From positions 2,203 through 66,202 of the forward strand of contig JACQXM010000023.1 in the NCBI GenBank assembly GCA_016208685.1: a stretch of 64,000 bases of DNA, given 5' to 3'. Numbering within the stretch: position 1 is the first letter of the stretch; every line of letters begins with the position of its first letter. This DNA is from Planctomycetota bacterium (GTDB lineage Bacteria > Planctomycetota > Phycisphaerae > UBA1845). Both the position numbers and the translations under genes were made by a program. The notes under the pieces were generated by a model, which searched no databases, was not told the DNA's origin, and saw only the letters and a program-made list of their open reading frames with translations. This document shows, one piece after another, positions 53,377 to 62,080 of the stretch.

Positions 53377-55074
53377 CTACCGCGCCAGAAGCAGCAGCTC
53401 CTGAAGCAGTTCGTCGCTCACCCGCACCACCCGGCTGGCGGCGGCGATGCCCGTGGAGTTCTGAATGAGGTTGATGAACTCCCGCGCGATCTCGACGTTG
53501 CTCTGCTCCAGCCCGCCGGAGACGATCGCCCCCGCGACGCCCGTCCGTGGTGCCACGATTGTGGCATCGCCGGAGTTGGGGCCCACGGCGTAGGTGTTGT
53601 CGCTGAGGGCCACCAGTCCTTCATTGTTTCGGAATGTCGCCAGCGCCACTTGACCCAGCACCCGCGTCTGCTGGTTGGAGAAGGCACCGGTCACCACGCC
53701 CTCGTCGTCGATTCCAAAGCCGGTCATGATGCCCGCCGGCGCCCCGTCCTGACTCGCCATGATGAGCTGCGACTCGCCGTCGGGGCTCGCCAGGCCGGTC
53801 AGGCTGCTGAAGTCCAGAGTGACGGCAAGAGGCGTCGCGGCCCCGGAATTCGCACGGTCGAGGGTCAGATCCGTACCGGTGGCGGCCACGAACTGCCCGT
53901 TGGCATCGAAGCTGATGGTCCCCGTCCCCAGCACCGATGACGCATCGCTGTCACCCTCGGATTCCGCGAAGAAGCGCCAGGTTGTGCCGGCATCCGATTT
54001 GGACTCCAGCACCGCCCGCAGACGAACATCCACCAGATTCCCCAGCGAATCGAAGACACCGAAGCTGGTGGTCACCCCGTCGCCCAGGGCCGGAGTCACG
54101 GTGCTGAAGGCGAAGGGTGAAGCAACGGCGCCGGTGCGGTTGGTGATGGAGCCGGCGTCAAGTCCCACGGCGTTGATCTCCCCCACGTTGGAGGCGATGA
54201 CCAGGCTGCCCGCCGCGGGAGTCGGTCCGGCGGCGACGGTCACGCCCGGAGCCCCGCCGGCGGCGGGATCGGTGTTGATGCCGAACGCCGCCTCGAGATG
54301 GCGCGCCAGCTCGCCCAACGTTGACCCCGTGGTGCCCACCACGAAGATCGACTCCGGCGTGGCGATGCCGCCCTTGGTTCCGTTGATCGCCAGTTCATCG
54401 CCCGTGGCGAACAACGGCACGCCGTTGTCGTCCACGAGGTCGGTGAGGTCGGTGGTCGCGCCGGCCGCGGCCCCGGAGGCCGTAGCAAGCGGCTGCGTCG
54501 CCACCACCGCTCCCTGCGAGGCCACACCGGCTGCGGCGTCGAGCTGCCCGTTCATAACGGCTTGCGACGTCGCCACCGCCTCAGTCGCGGTTCCCAGCGG
54601 GATCACAAGGTTGCTGAGCGTGCCTGGTGTGATCTGCCCCGCCGCATCCGCGGCGAATACCTGAACCGGATTGCCGTTGGCGGCGACCAGCGTCTGCGTG
54701 GCATCCAGGCGAAAGGACCCGTCGCGGGTGTAGAGCTGATCCCCGGCGGGCGAGTTCACGATGAAGAACCCATCGCCGTCGATCGCCAGATCGCTGGGGA
54801 ATCCCGTACTGTCGATACCGCCGGGTTCGAAGTTCCGCTGGATGGACGCCACTCCCGAGCCCGATCCTATCTGCCGCGGCAACGTTCCGCCGCTGGTGGC
54901 GCTGGGGCCTTCGCCCTCGCTGATGGTGCGATACAACAGCGTCTCAAACAGCGTTCGCTGGTTCTTGAAGGCCGTGGTGTTAACGTTGGCGAGGTTGTCG
55001 CCCACGGTATCCACGCCCACGCTGTTGCTCTTGATGCCCGTAAAGCCCGTCAACATCGCTGCGCTCAGCGACAT
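53377..55074 (-). CDS. flgE: flagellar hook protein FlgE
   Basis: The N-terminal rod/hook motif is MSLSAAMLTGFTGIKSNSVGVDTVGDNLANVNTTAFK. The C-terminal motif is GGLEQSNVEIAREFINLIQ. An AAGGAG Shine-Dalgarno sequence lies 9 nt upstream. Confidence 0.9.
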   Translation of the reverse strand: MSLSAAMLTGFTGIKSNSVGVDTVGDNLANVNTTAFKNQRTLFETLLYRTISEGEGPSATSGGTLPRQIGSGSGVASIQRNFEPGGIDSTGFPSDLAIDGDGFFIVNSPAGDQLYTRDGSFRLDATQTLVAANGNPVQVFAADAAGQITPGTLSNLVIPLGTATEAVATSQAVMNGQLDAAAGVASQGAVVATQPLATASGAAAGATTDLTDLVDDNGVPLFATGDELAINGTKGGIATPESIFVVGTTGSTLGELARHLEAAFGINTDPAAGGAPGVTVAAGPTPAAGSLVIASNVGEINAVGLDAGSITNRTGAVASPFAFSTVTPALGDGVTTSFGVFDSLGNLVDVRLRAVLESKSDAGTTWRFFAESEGDSDASSVLGTGTISFDANGQFVAATGTDLTLDRANSGAATPLAVTLDFSSLTGLASPDGESQLIMASQDGAPAGIMTGFGIDDEGVVTGAFSNQQTRVLGQVALATFRNNEGLVALSDNTYAVGPNSGDATIVAPRTGVAGAIVSGGLEQSNVEIAREFINLIQNSTGIAAASRVVRVSDELLQELLLLAR

Positions 55075-55136
55075 CCTTCGATCTCCTTTGAGAAGGCGGC
55101 GCCGTCGCCGCTTGCGCCGTCATGTCGGTGCTAACC

Positions 55137-55230
55137 TGACCGGCTGGAAAGCCGGTCCCACAGCGCTGTCCGGTCCTACAGCGCTGATCGGTCCCGGAGC
55201 ACTCCCCGGTTGCAGGGCACGGACCGATCC
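55137..55230. repeat. REP-like hairpin/tandem repeat block inside the flagellar operon (flgD-flgE spacer)
   Basis: The 30-mer TGACCGGCTGGAAAGCCGGTCCCACAGCGC is identical to part of 10588-10628. It is followed by tandem CAGCGCTGTCCGGTCCTA / CAGCGCTGATCGGTCCCG units. Confidence 0.7.
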
Positions 55231-55277
55231 CCACGCCCTGGCCGATAACACGGTTCGTCACCGTGCGCCACCGTTCG

Positions 55278-55895
55278 TCACTCGACGATCTGCACTACGT
55301 CCCGCAGGCGAAGCTCCGCGCCGGTGTCCAGTTCCAACATCACTTCGCCACCCGGCTGATCCATCCGCGCCCCCGCGACCACGCCCTCGACGGAAACAGG
55401 GTTCTTTGCGTCGCGCCGGTCCACGCCGGTCACCGTGCGCCCGATCATCGCCTCCGCGGCGCGTTGAGGCGCCTGCACGGCCGCCACGCGTGTAAGCGGG
55501 ACCTCGCTGCCGTCGGAAAGCTGCAACACCGGGCTGCCGTCGGCCTCGAACCGCACGCCCACCACCACGCCCGCGGGCGCCAATCCCTGGGCGTCAGGGC
55601 TTGCAGTCACATATTGCCCAATCATCGCCGATGCCGACGAGAAGCTCTGTTGCCCAGTCAGCGTCTGGAGTGACTTGGTGAGTGTCGTCGACAGTTCGAT
55701 CTCACGAATCGACGAAATCTGCCGCAGCAGCTCCTCGTTGCCCGTCGGTTGCAGCGGGTCCTGATTGGTCAGTTGTGTGATGAGCAGTTTGAAGAAGTCG
55801 TCGCTTCCCAGCGTGGAAAGAGAGTCGTTCTGCGTCCCCGGGCGCTGTGCCGCGCCTGACGTCTCCAGCAGTTGAGTATTCGTAATTGCGTCCAT
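55278..55895 (-). CDS. flgD: flagellar hook capping/assembly protein FlgD
   Basis: The FlgD signature LGSDDFFKLLITQLTNQDPLQP is present. Confidence 0.9.
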   Translation of the reverse strand: MDAITNTQLLETSGAAQRPGTQNDSLSTLGSDDFFKLLITQLTNQDPLQPTGNEELLRQISSIREIELSTTLTKSLQTLTGQQSFSSASAMIGQYVTASPDAQGLAPAGVVVGVRFEADGSPVLQLSDGSEVPLTRVAAVQAPQRAAEAMIGRTVTGVDRRDAKNPVSVEGVVAGARMDQPGGEVMLELDTGAELRLRDVVQIVE

Positions 55896-56051
55896 GCGGA
55901 CACCTCCCTGTCAAACAGGAACCGGGGCCGAGCGGCGGCAGGCGACCATCGTTCGTCGCCCGGCCCGTTCGGTGAAATCGCCGTGGCGCCGAGCACCGCG
56001 CCACCACCCTTGAATCGCGACGCAAGCCGACATGCCGGCCGGCCCACGGCG

Positions 56052-57449
56052 CTACACACGTACATCCAACGGATCATCCACGCCGGCCCGCCGACGTGCG
56101 GGCAACCGCGATCGCTCACCCGACCCCGCGGCGCCGCAGGCCTCGACGTCTCCCTCCGCGTCGTGACCACGGTCGGCCTTTCCGTCCTCCGCCGCTCCGC
56201 CGTGTTCCCGGCGAGGAGCGGCCCACTCCACCCCGCCCGATCGGACCGGCGACGCGGCTTGCGCCCCGAGCGTTGCTGTCACGTCGAAGCGGTCGACGCG
56301 CACCCCCGCCTGCTCCAGAGCGGTGCGCAACTGGTCGGAACGTTCCAGCAGGATCTTCCGCGCCGCTTCCGTCTCCGTTCGAACATCGATCCGTAGCTCG
56401 TCGCCGCTAAGCTGCACGTCGACGAACACCCGCCCCAGCTCCGGAGGGTGCAAGTGGAGTCGCGCGGAGGAGCTTCGCGGGCCGAGGTGCATGCGCAGCG
56501 AACGCACCAGTCCATCAAACTCGCCGCGCGGCGCCGCCTCGAGCTCGTGCTCAGGCGCCTCGAACCCGTCCGGGCGTGACAGCGCCACCGCGCCCGAGGG
56601 CGCTGCTTGTGATCGAACTGTCCTGCCTCCGTCGCCCGAGGCGATCGTCGGCAACGCCTCGGAATGTACATCTCCCTGCGCGCCCGCCGGCGAAGCTAAC
56701 AAACGCGCTACCTGCTGTGCCGCCGTGCCGGCGTGGTTCGCGGGGGACTCGATCCCCGCCTGCAGCCCGGAGCGCTGCGCCGCCGAGACCACCGTCCCGG
56801 GTGGCCGCGGCGTTTGGGGAACGTGATCGACCGGTAGGCTCGCATCCGCGGCGGGCGATGCGACGTGGCGCTGTCCCGCACCGTTCACCTGGACTACGGC
56901 GCGTTCGCTCGCCACCAGCTCCGACTGCGTCGTGTCGAATGCCCGCCCGGCCTCGGTGGAAGCGGTGCGGCCTGCGGCATCCGTCGGCGACGAACCAGTC
57001 CGGACCGTGGGCGCTGCCGGCGGTCGATCCACCGTCGCTCGGTTGGGGCGTGGGGAGGTTGCGCGATCACCCAGTATGGGAGACGCAGCCCGCGCCGCTC
57101 GGCGTGCTTCGACGCTCGCCGGTTCCGGGGCATCCGTCGGGCCTTCGCCGCTCCCGGGACCGGGAGGCTCGCGGCGAATTCGATCGCCCTCAGGGCGAGC
57201 CTCCGGCGGCGCCTCGAACATCCGCGACTCCACCGGTAGAACCGATTCGTTCAGCGCCGCGCCGCGCACCGTCCGCGCAGCCGTCAGCCACGGCGCAAAG
57301 GGCGCCAACGGCGCGCCCGCGCCGACCGCCGTCAAGGGGGCGCTCGAATCATCCCCCGCGCGGGGTATCGCTGCCCGCCGCGTCCAAGCCGGCGATACCA
57401 GGGGCGCGGTTGGGGGCCGAATCAGTTGATTCTGTTGACTCGACGTCAT
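56052..57449 (-). CDS. fliK: flagellar hook-length control protein FliK-like
   Basis: A Pro/Ala-rich extended N-region precedes a C-terminal Flg_hook-type domain (ARLHLHPPELGRVFVDVQLSGDELRIDVRTETEAARKILLE). It sits between ylxF-like and flgD. Confidence 0.72.
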   Translation of the reverse strand: MTSSQQNQLIRPPTAPLVSPAWTRRAAIPRAGDDSSAPLTAVGAGAPLAPFAPWLTAARTVRGAALNESVLPVESRMFEAPPEARPEGDRIRREPPGPGSGEGPTDAPEPASVEARRAARAASPILGDRATSPRPNRATVDRPPAAPTVRTGSSPTDAAGRTASTEAGRAFDTTQSELVASERAVVQVNGAGQRHVASPAADASLPVDHVPQTPRPPGTVVSAAQRSGLQAGIESPANHAGTAAQQVARLLASPAGAQGDVHSEALPTIASGDGGRTVRSQAAPSGAVALSRPDGFEAPEHELEAAPRGEFDGLVRSLRMHLGPRSSSARLHLHPPELGRVFVDVQLSGDELRIDVRTETEAARKILLERSDQLRTALEQAGVRVDRFDVTATLGAQAASPVRSGGVEWAAPRREHGGAAEDGKADRGHDAEGDVEACGAAGSGERSRLPARRRAGVDDPLDVRV

Positions 57450-58129
57450 GGCCGCTCACTCAGTTTTGCGGATCGCGTCGGCGCCACCTCGCGCACACGT
57501 TGCAGAATGCCCATCATTCGCTGCATTTCCTCGCCGCTCTTGGCGGACTCGACGATCTTCTTCGCCTTGCGCGCGTCCATGGCCACCATGATCCGCGCCG
57601 CCTCGTCGGGGTCCGACAACCCCAGCAGGTGCTGCGCGGCAAGCCGCGGCGCCAGCCCTTCGTAGATCTCCACCTGCTTCTCGAACCCCGCGGCCTGGCG
57701 ATCCTCGCCGGCGACCTTGTCCTGTTGTTTGGCGGCGTCCCGCTCGCGCTTGAACTCTTCTCGCGCCGTGGCGACCTTCAGGAGGATGCTGTTGTTCAGC
57801 GCCATCCGCTGTCGCAGTTCCTCCTGAATCCGCGCCGCTTCCCGACGCATGATCTCCAGGTCGGTCTGTGAACCGACGGGAGGCAAATCGCTCAGGCCCG
57901 GCTCTTCCGTGCCGGCCGCCGGCACAGGAACCGGCGGCGCCGCCTGCGCCGGGGCCGGTGGTGTCGGCAGTTCGCCGCGAATGACGGCCGCGATCTGCCG
58001 CAACTGCTCGGGGCCGAGCCTCCCGCTGCCGGCGAGGAAGCCAACCCCCGCCGCCAGCGCCGCCACGTTGAGCACGGCGAGCAGCGCCGCTGCGTCGTAG
58101 ACACGCCGAAACAGGGTTGGCTTCAGCAT
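57446..58129 (-). CDS. MgtE-N/MotE (YlxF)-like flagellar operon protein
   Basis: An N-terminal TM and coiled coil are followed by a C-terminal MgtE_N-like segment (LAPRLAAQHLLGLSDPDEAARIMVAMDARKAKKIVE). Its position between fliJ and fliK matches the Bacillus fla/che operon. Confidence 0.6.
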   Translation of the reverse strand: MLKPTLFRRVYDAAALLAVLNVAALAAGVGFLAGSGRLGPEQLRQIAAVIRGELPTPPAPAQAAPPVPVPAAGTEEPGLSDLPPVGSQTDLEIMRREAARIQEELRQRMALNNSILLKVATAREEFKRERDAAKQQDKVAGEDRQAAGFEKQVEIYEGLAPRLAAQHLLGLSDPDEAARIMVAMDARKAKKIVESAKSGEEMQRMMGILQRVREVAPTRSAKLSERP

Positions 58130-58626
58130 GGCCCGTCGCCTTGGCTCGCCATCGTAGCGCCAGCACGAAGGTCGATGACCGATTCAGCGCGGAACGCCTG
58201 AAGCGCCGCCTCATCGAAAAGGCCGCGTTCCTCGCGCCGAACCTGCTCCTGATAACGCGCCCAGTGGCGCTCACGCAGTTTCTCGATGACCTTGAGCCGC
58301 CGGGTGGCGTCTGCGAGTCGCAGGCGCTGCTGCTCCAGCTCCGCCCGGCGCGCCGCCAGGACCTCGCCCGCCTCCGCCAGTCGGCGTTGCAGACGAAGGC
58401 GATAGAACAGATCACCGCGGAGCTGACCCACGTCGATTCGTTCCCGCTGCCGCGCCGCGCGCAGTCGCTCGCCGACGCCCCCCCACTCCCGCGTCAGGAT
58501 CGCCACCTGCTCCTCGGCGGCGGCGCTTCCGCGCAGGGCTCCCGCCAGAGCTCGGCGCTCGGCATCCTGCGCCTGTTCACGGAGCTTACGAACCACTTCG
58601 AGACGAAAGCGAAACGGCCCGGCCAT
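58123..58626 (-). CDS. fliJ: flagellar export chaperone/stalk protein FliJ
   Basis: 167-aa all-helical coiled coil beginning FRFRLEVVRKLREQAQDAERRAL. It lies immediately downstream of fliI. Confidence 0.7.
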   Translation of the reverse strand: MAGPFRFRLEVVRKLREQAQDAERRALAGALRGSAAAEEQVAILTREWGGVGERLRAARQRERIDVGQLRGDLFYRLRLQRRLAEAGEVLAARRAELEQQRLRLADATRRLKVIEKLRERHWARYQEQVRREERGLFDEAALQAFRAESVIDLRAGATMASQGDGPC

Positions 58627-58706
58627 CCATCGTCCTCGCGTCTACACCACGATGCGCGAGCAGCCGCCGCGCGCCGCCCCGGCAACAGTCCAGCGCGTTC
58701 CAACGC

Positions 58707-60059
58707 TCAAGGGTTTCTCGCCGACACCAACTGCTCGCGCGTCGCACGTATCGACTGCGCCAGCTCCAGCAGCTTCTCCCGGCTGGACGCCCAGGCGGCG
58801 TGATCCTCGATCGCCTGTCGCAGAAACTCATCCACCGCAGGCTTCATCTTGACTGCCACGTCGAATTCCACGCTGGCGCCGGCGACATAGGCACCGACGT
58901 TGACCAGGTCCTCGACGTCCTTCCATACCGCCAGCACCTGGCGCACGTCGGCCGCGGCGCGGCGATGTTCCTCGTCGGCCACGTCGGCCATGATGCGGCT
59001 GACGCTCTCCAGCACCGACACCGCCGGGTAGTGTCCGCGATGCGCCAGCTCCCGTGACAGCACGATGTGGCCGTCCAGAATGCCGCGCACGGCGTCGGAA
59101 ATCGGTTCGTTCAGGTCGTCGCCCTCGACGAGCACCGAGTACATCCCCGTGATGCTCCCGGCACGGGTTCGGCCGCTGCGCTCCATCAGCCGCGGCAGCA
59201 GGCCGAAGACGCTGGGAGGGTAGCCCTTGGTGGTGGGCGGTTCGCCGGCGGAAAGGCCGATCTGCCGCTGTGCCATCGCCACGCGAGTCGTGGAGTCCAT
59301 GAGCAGCAGCACGTCGGCGCCCAGGTCGCGGAAGTACTCGGCCACCGCCGTGGCCACGAACGCGGCTCGGACGCGCAGCACCGGCGACTCGTCCGAAGTA
59401 CTCACCACCAGCACGCAGCGCTTCATCCCCTCCTCGCCGATGTCCTTGCGCAGAAAGTCGCCCACCTCGCGCCCGCGCTCGCCGACGAGTGCCACCACCG
59501 TGACATCCGCGGAGGTGTAGCGGGCGATCATGCCCAGCAACACGCTCTTGCCCACGCCGGTCCCGGCGAAGATGCCCACCCGCTGCCCGCCGCCCAGCGT
59601 CAGCAGGGTGTCGATGGAACGGATGCCGGTAGCCAGGACTCCGTCGATGGGCGCCCGTGACAGCGCCTGGGGCGCGGCGTTCAAGACGGGCACGTGCCGT
59701 TCGGCGGCGAACCGCGTCCGACCGCCGATGGGGCGGCCCATGCCGTCCAGCACTGTTCCCAGCATCTGCCGCCCCACCGCGACCCGCTGCCCGTCGGCAC
59801 AGGTGCGTACGCCGTCGCCGGCGCTGATCCCCAGCGGCTCCTGGAGCGTCATGAGTATGGCACGATCACCGCGCACGCCGACGACCTGCGCCTCTACGGG
59901 CGCGGCATGGGCACGATCGATGCGGCACACGGCACCCACCGGCGCCGCCAGACCCTCGGCCACCACCGCCAGCCCGGTCACGTCCACCACCCGGCCGGCC
60001 ACCGTCAGCCAGCTCACCTCCTCCGCCAGGCGCCGTTGATCGACGAATAACTGCGCCAT
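58707..60059 (-). CDS. fliI: flagellum-specific ATPase FliI
   Basis: Walker A (GIFAGTGVGKSVLLGM) and Walker B (VLLLMDSTTR) are present, with overall T3SS/F1-ATPase beta-like sequence. ATG 60059 abuts the fliH stop. Confidence 0.95.
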   Translation of the reverse strand: MAQLFVDQRRLAEEVSWLTVAGRVVDVTGLAVVAEGLAAPVGAVCRIDRAHAAPVEAQVVGVRGDRAILMTLQEPLGISAGDGVRTCADGQRVAVGRQMLGTVLDGMGRPIGGRTRFAAERHVPVLNAAPQALSRAPIDGVLATGIRSIDTLLTLGGGQRVGIFAGTGVGKSVLLGMIARYTSADVTVVALVGERGREVGDFLRKDIGEEGMKRCVLVVSTSDESPVLRVRAAFVATAVAEYFRDLGADVLLLMDSTTRVAMAQRQIGLSAGEPPTTKGYPPSVFGLLPRLMERSGRTRAGSITGMYSVLVEGDDLNEPISDAVRGILDGHIVLSRELAHRGHYPAVSVLESVSRIMADVADEEHRRAAADVRQVLAVWKDVEDLVNVGAYVAGASVEFDVAVKMKPAVDEFLRQAIEDHAAWASSREKLLELAQSIRATREQLVSARNP

Positions 60060-60060
60060 G

Positions 60061-60819
60061 TCACACGCCTTCCGGTTCCGCGACGGGGTCGACGGCGGAG
60101 TCCTCGGCAACACCGCCGCCCGCCGGCCCCAAAAGCAGGCCCACCAGCGCTTCAACCTGCGTCTCCAGCGTGGCGTCAACGTCTGTACGCGCCGTCGTCA
60201 CCCGGCATCCTCCCGGTGCGATCCGCTCGTCCCCGAGCACGCTGACCACCCCTCCGGCGCGGGCCTCGCGCAGCACGCCCGCGGCGAACGCCTCGACCGC
60301 CGTCAGGTCCTGCGGATGCACGCGGACCGTGACATCCGTCTGCGCGCCGACGAGCCTCAGCGCGCGGCGCAGATTCTCCAACGCCGCCTCGCGGCGCAGA
60401 TCCCCGATGGCGAACGTCAGCTTGCGCGCCAGCAGCACCGCGAACGTCAGTAGATCGCGCTCCGCGGCGATGGCCAGGTCCTGTTTGATTCCGGCGATCT
60501 CGGAAAGCAACGACTGCAAAGACGCCACCAGCCCGGCGTGCTCCGTCTCGAAGCGCCGCGCAGCCTCGGTGTATGCCTGCTGTGCTCCCGCGAGCCCTCC
60601 TTCGCGCCGACCCTCCTCGAAGCCGTCGCGGTAGCCGCGGTCCTTTTCCTCCTGGCTGGCACGCGTGACCTGCGCGCGGGCGTTCGCGAGAATCTCCTCC
60701 GCGCGCCGCCGCGCGTCCTCGATCGCCCGCCGCGCTTCCGCCAGGTGGTCGGAAAGGTCCACCGACGCCAGCCGGTTCAGCAGCTTCGCGGTTTCACCAG
60801 CCTTGATGACCGTTGGCAT
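60061..60819 (-). CDS. fliH: flagellar export stator protein FliH
   Basis: A charged helical N-half is followed by the C-terminal FliH/YscL domain (VTVRVHPQDLTAVE...GGCRVTTARTDVDATLETQVEAL). It lies between fliG and fliI. Confidence 0.8.
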   Translation of the reverse strand: MPTVIKAGETAKLLNRLASVDLSDHLAEARRAIEDARRRAEEILANARAQVTRASQEEKDRGYRDGFEEGRREGGLAGAQQAYTEAARRFETEHAGLVASLQSLLSEIAGIKQDLAIAAERDLLTFAVLLARKLTFAIGDLRREAALENLRRALRLVGAQTDVTVRVHPQDLTAVEAFAAGVLREARAGGVVSVLGDERIAPGGCRVTTARTDVDATLETQVEALVGLLLGPAGGGVAEDSAVDPVAEPEGV

Positions 60820-60856
60820 GCGTTTCCTCGTCCCCCACGTCGGCGCCGGCGGCGGC

Positions 60857-61909
60857 TCAGACGATCATTTCCTTCTCTCCGCCGCGACCGGAGATGATGA
60901 TCTCGCCGGCATCCTCCAGACGCCGCACGACGTCCACGATCTTCTGCTGCGCCGCTTCCACGTCGCTGACCCGCACCGGGCCCATGTATTCCATGTCCTC
61001 TTTGATGAGCTGCGCCGCGCGCTCTGACATGTTGCGGAAGATCTTGTCCATGAGATCGGGGCTGGCGGTTTTGAGGGCCAGCGCCAGGTCCTCGTTGTCG
61101 ATCTCCTTGAGCACCGACTGGATGCCCTTGTCGTTGACCAGCATGATGTCCTCGAACACGAACATCAGGCGTCGAATCTGCTCCACCAGGTCGGGATCCT
61201 GCCCCTCCAGGGCCTCGAGGATGCCCTTCTCCGTGCTGCGGTCCGCCAGGTTCAGAATCTCGGCCACCGACTCCACGCCGCCCACCTTCTGGTAGGTCTG
61301 CGACACCAGGCCCGACAGCCGCAGGGTCAGGCCCTGCTCCACTTCCTTGATGACCTCGGGGTTGGTGTTGTCCATGCGCGCGATCCGCGCCACCACCTCC
61401 ACCTGCTTCGCCGCAGGCAGGCTGCTGAGAATCTCGCTCGCCTTGTTGGTAGGCAGGTGCGAGAGGATGAGCGCGATGGTCTGCGGATGCTCGTCCTGGA
61501 TGAACGTGGTGAGGTTCTCGGTATCGGTCTTGGCCAGGAAGGAGAAGGGCTGCTTGTGCACCTGGTGCTCGATCATCTTGAGCACGTGCGCCGCCTGATC
61601 GCTGGGCAGCACCTTCTCCAGCAACTGCCGCGCGTAGCTGATCCCCCCCTGCTTGACGTACTGGTTGGCCAGGGCGAGGTTGTAGAACTCCTCCACCACC
61701 GCCCCGCGGGTTTCCACGCTGACGCGGTCCACCTGGGCGATCTCGCGGGTGATCTCTTCGATGGTATCGGGATCGAGTTGGCGCATCACCGCCGCGGCGA
61801 TGTCGCGCTCCAGGGAAAGCAGCAAGATGGCAGACTTGGTCAGCCCGCGAATGGACGAGGTATCCGCGCTTCCGCCGCGCATCGCCGCCTTGGCATCAGC
61901 TTCCGCCAT
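60857..61909 (-). CDS. fliG: flagellar motor switch protein FliG
   Basis: FliG family sequence runs throughout: LTKSAILLLSL, TIALILSHLP, MFVFEDIMLVNDKGIQSVLKEID, and the C-terminal torque-helix region EDMEYMGPVRVSDVEAAQQKIV. Confidence 0.95.
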   Translation of the reverse strand: MAEADAKAAMRGGSADTSSIRGLTKSAILLLSLERDIAAAVMRQLDPDTIEEITREIAQVDRVSVETRGAVVEEFYNLALANQYVKQGGISYARQLLEKVLPSDQAAHVLKMIEHQVHKQPFSFLAKTDTENLTTFIQDEHPQTIALILSHLPTNKASEILSSLPAAKQVEVVARIARMDNTNPEVIKEVEQGLTLRLSGLVSQTYQKVGGVESVAEILNLADRSTEKGILEALEGQDPDLVEQIRRLMFVFEDIMLVNDKGIQSVLKEIDNEDLALALKTASPDLMDKIFRNMSERAAQLIKEDMEYMGPVRVSDVEAAQQKIVDVVRRLEDAGEIIISGRGGEKEMIV

Positions 61910-62080
61910 CTGTTCACCCGTCGAGTCTTCGATCCGCCGTGGCTAGCGCTCCAACGCAGCCTGTTCTCAGGGTGGCATGGTCAAGCGCAGCGCCGCCATG
62001 CCCCGGAAAGACATGCCGGCGCACGGCCGTGCCGTGCCTGGGCATGCCACCCGACCTGAAGCATCGGGTGCGTCACAGCA

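Noticed and set aside
55241-55248. GCCGATAA, an exact sigma-28 -10 consensus, in the flgD-flgE spacer
   Set aside because: It is on the plus strand, antisense to the flagellar genes, and has no TAAA -35 element at the expected ~15-nt spacing.
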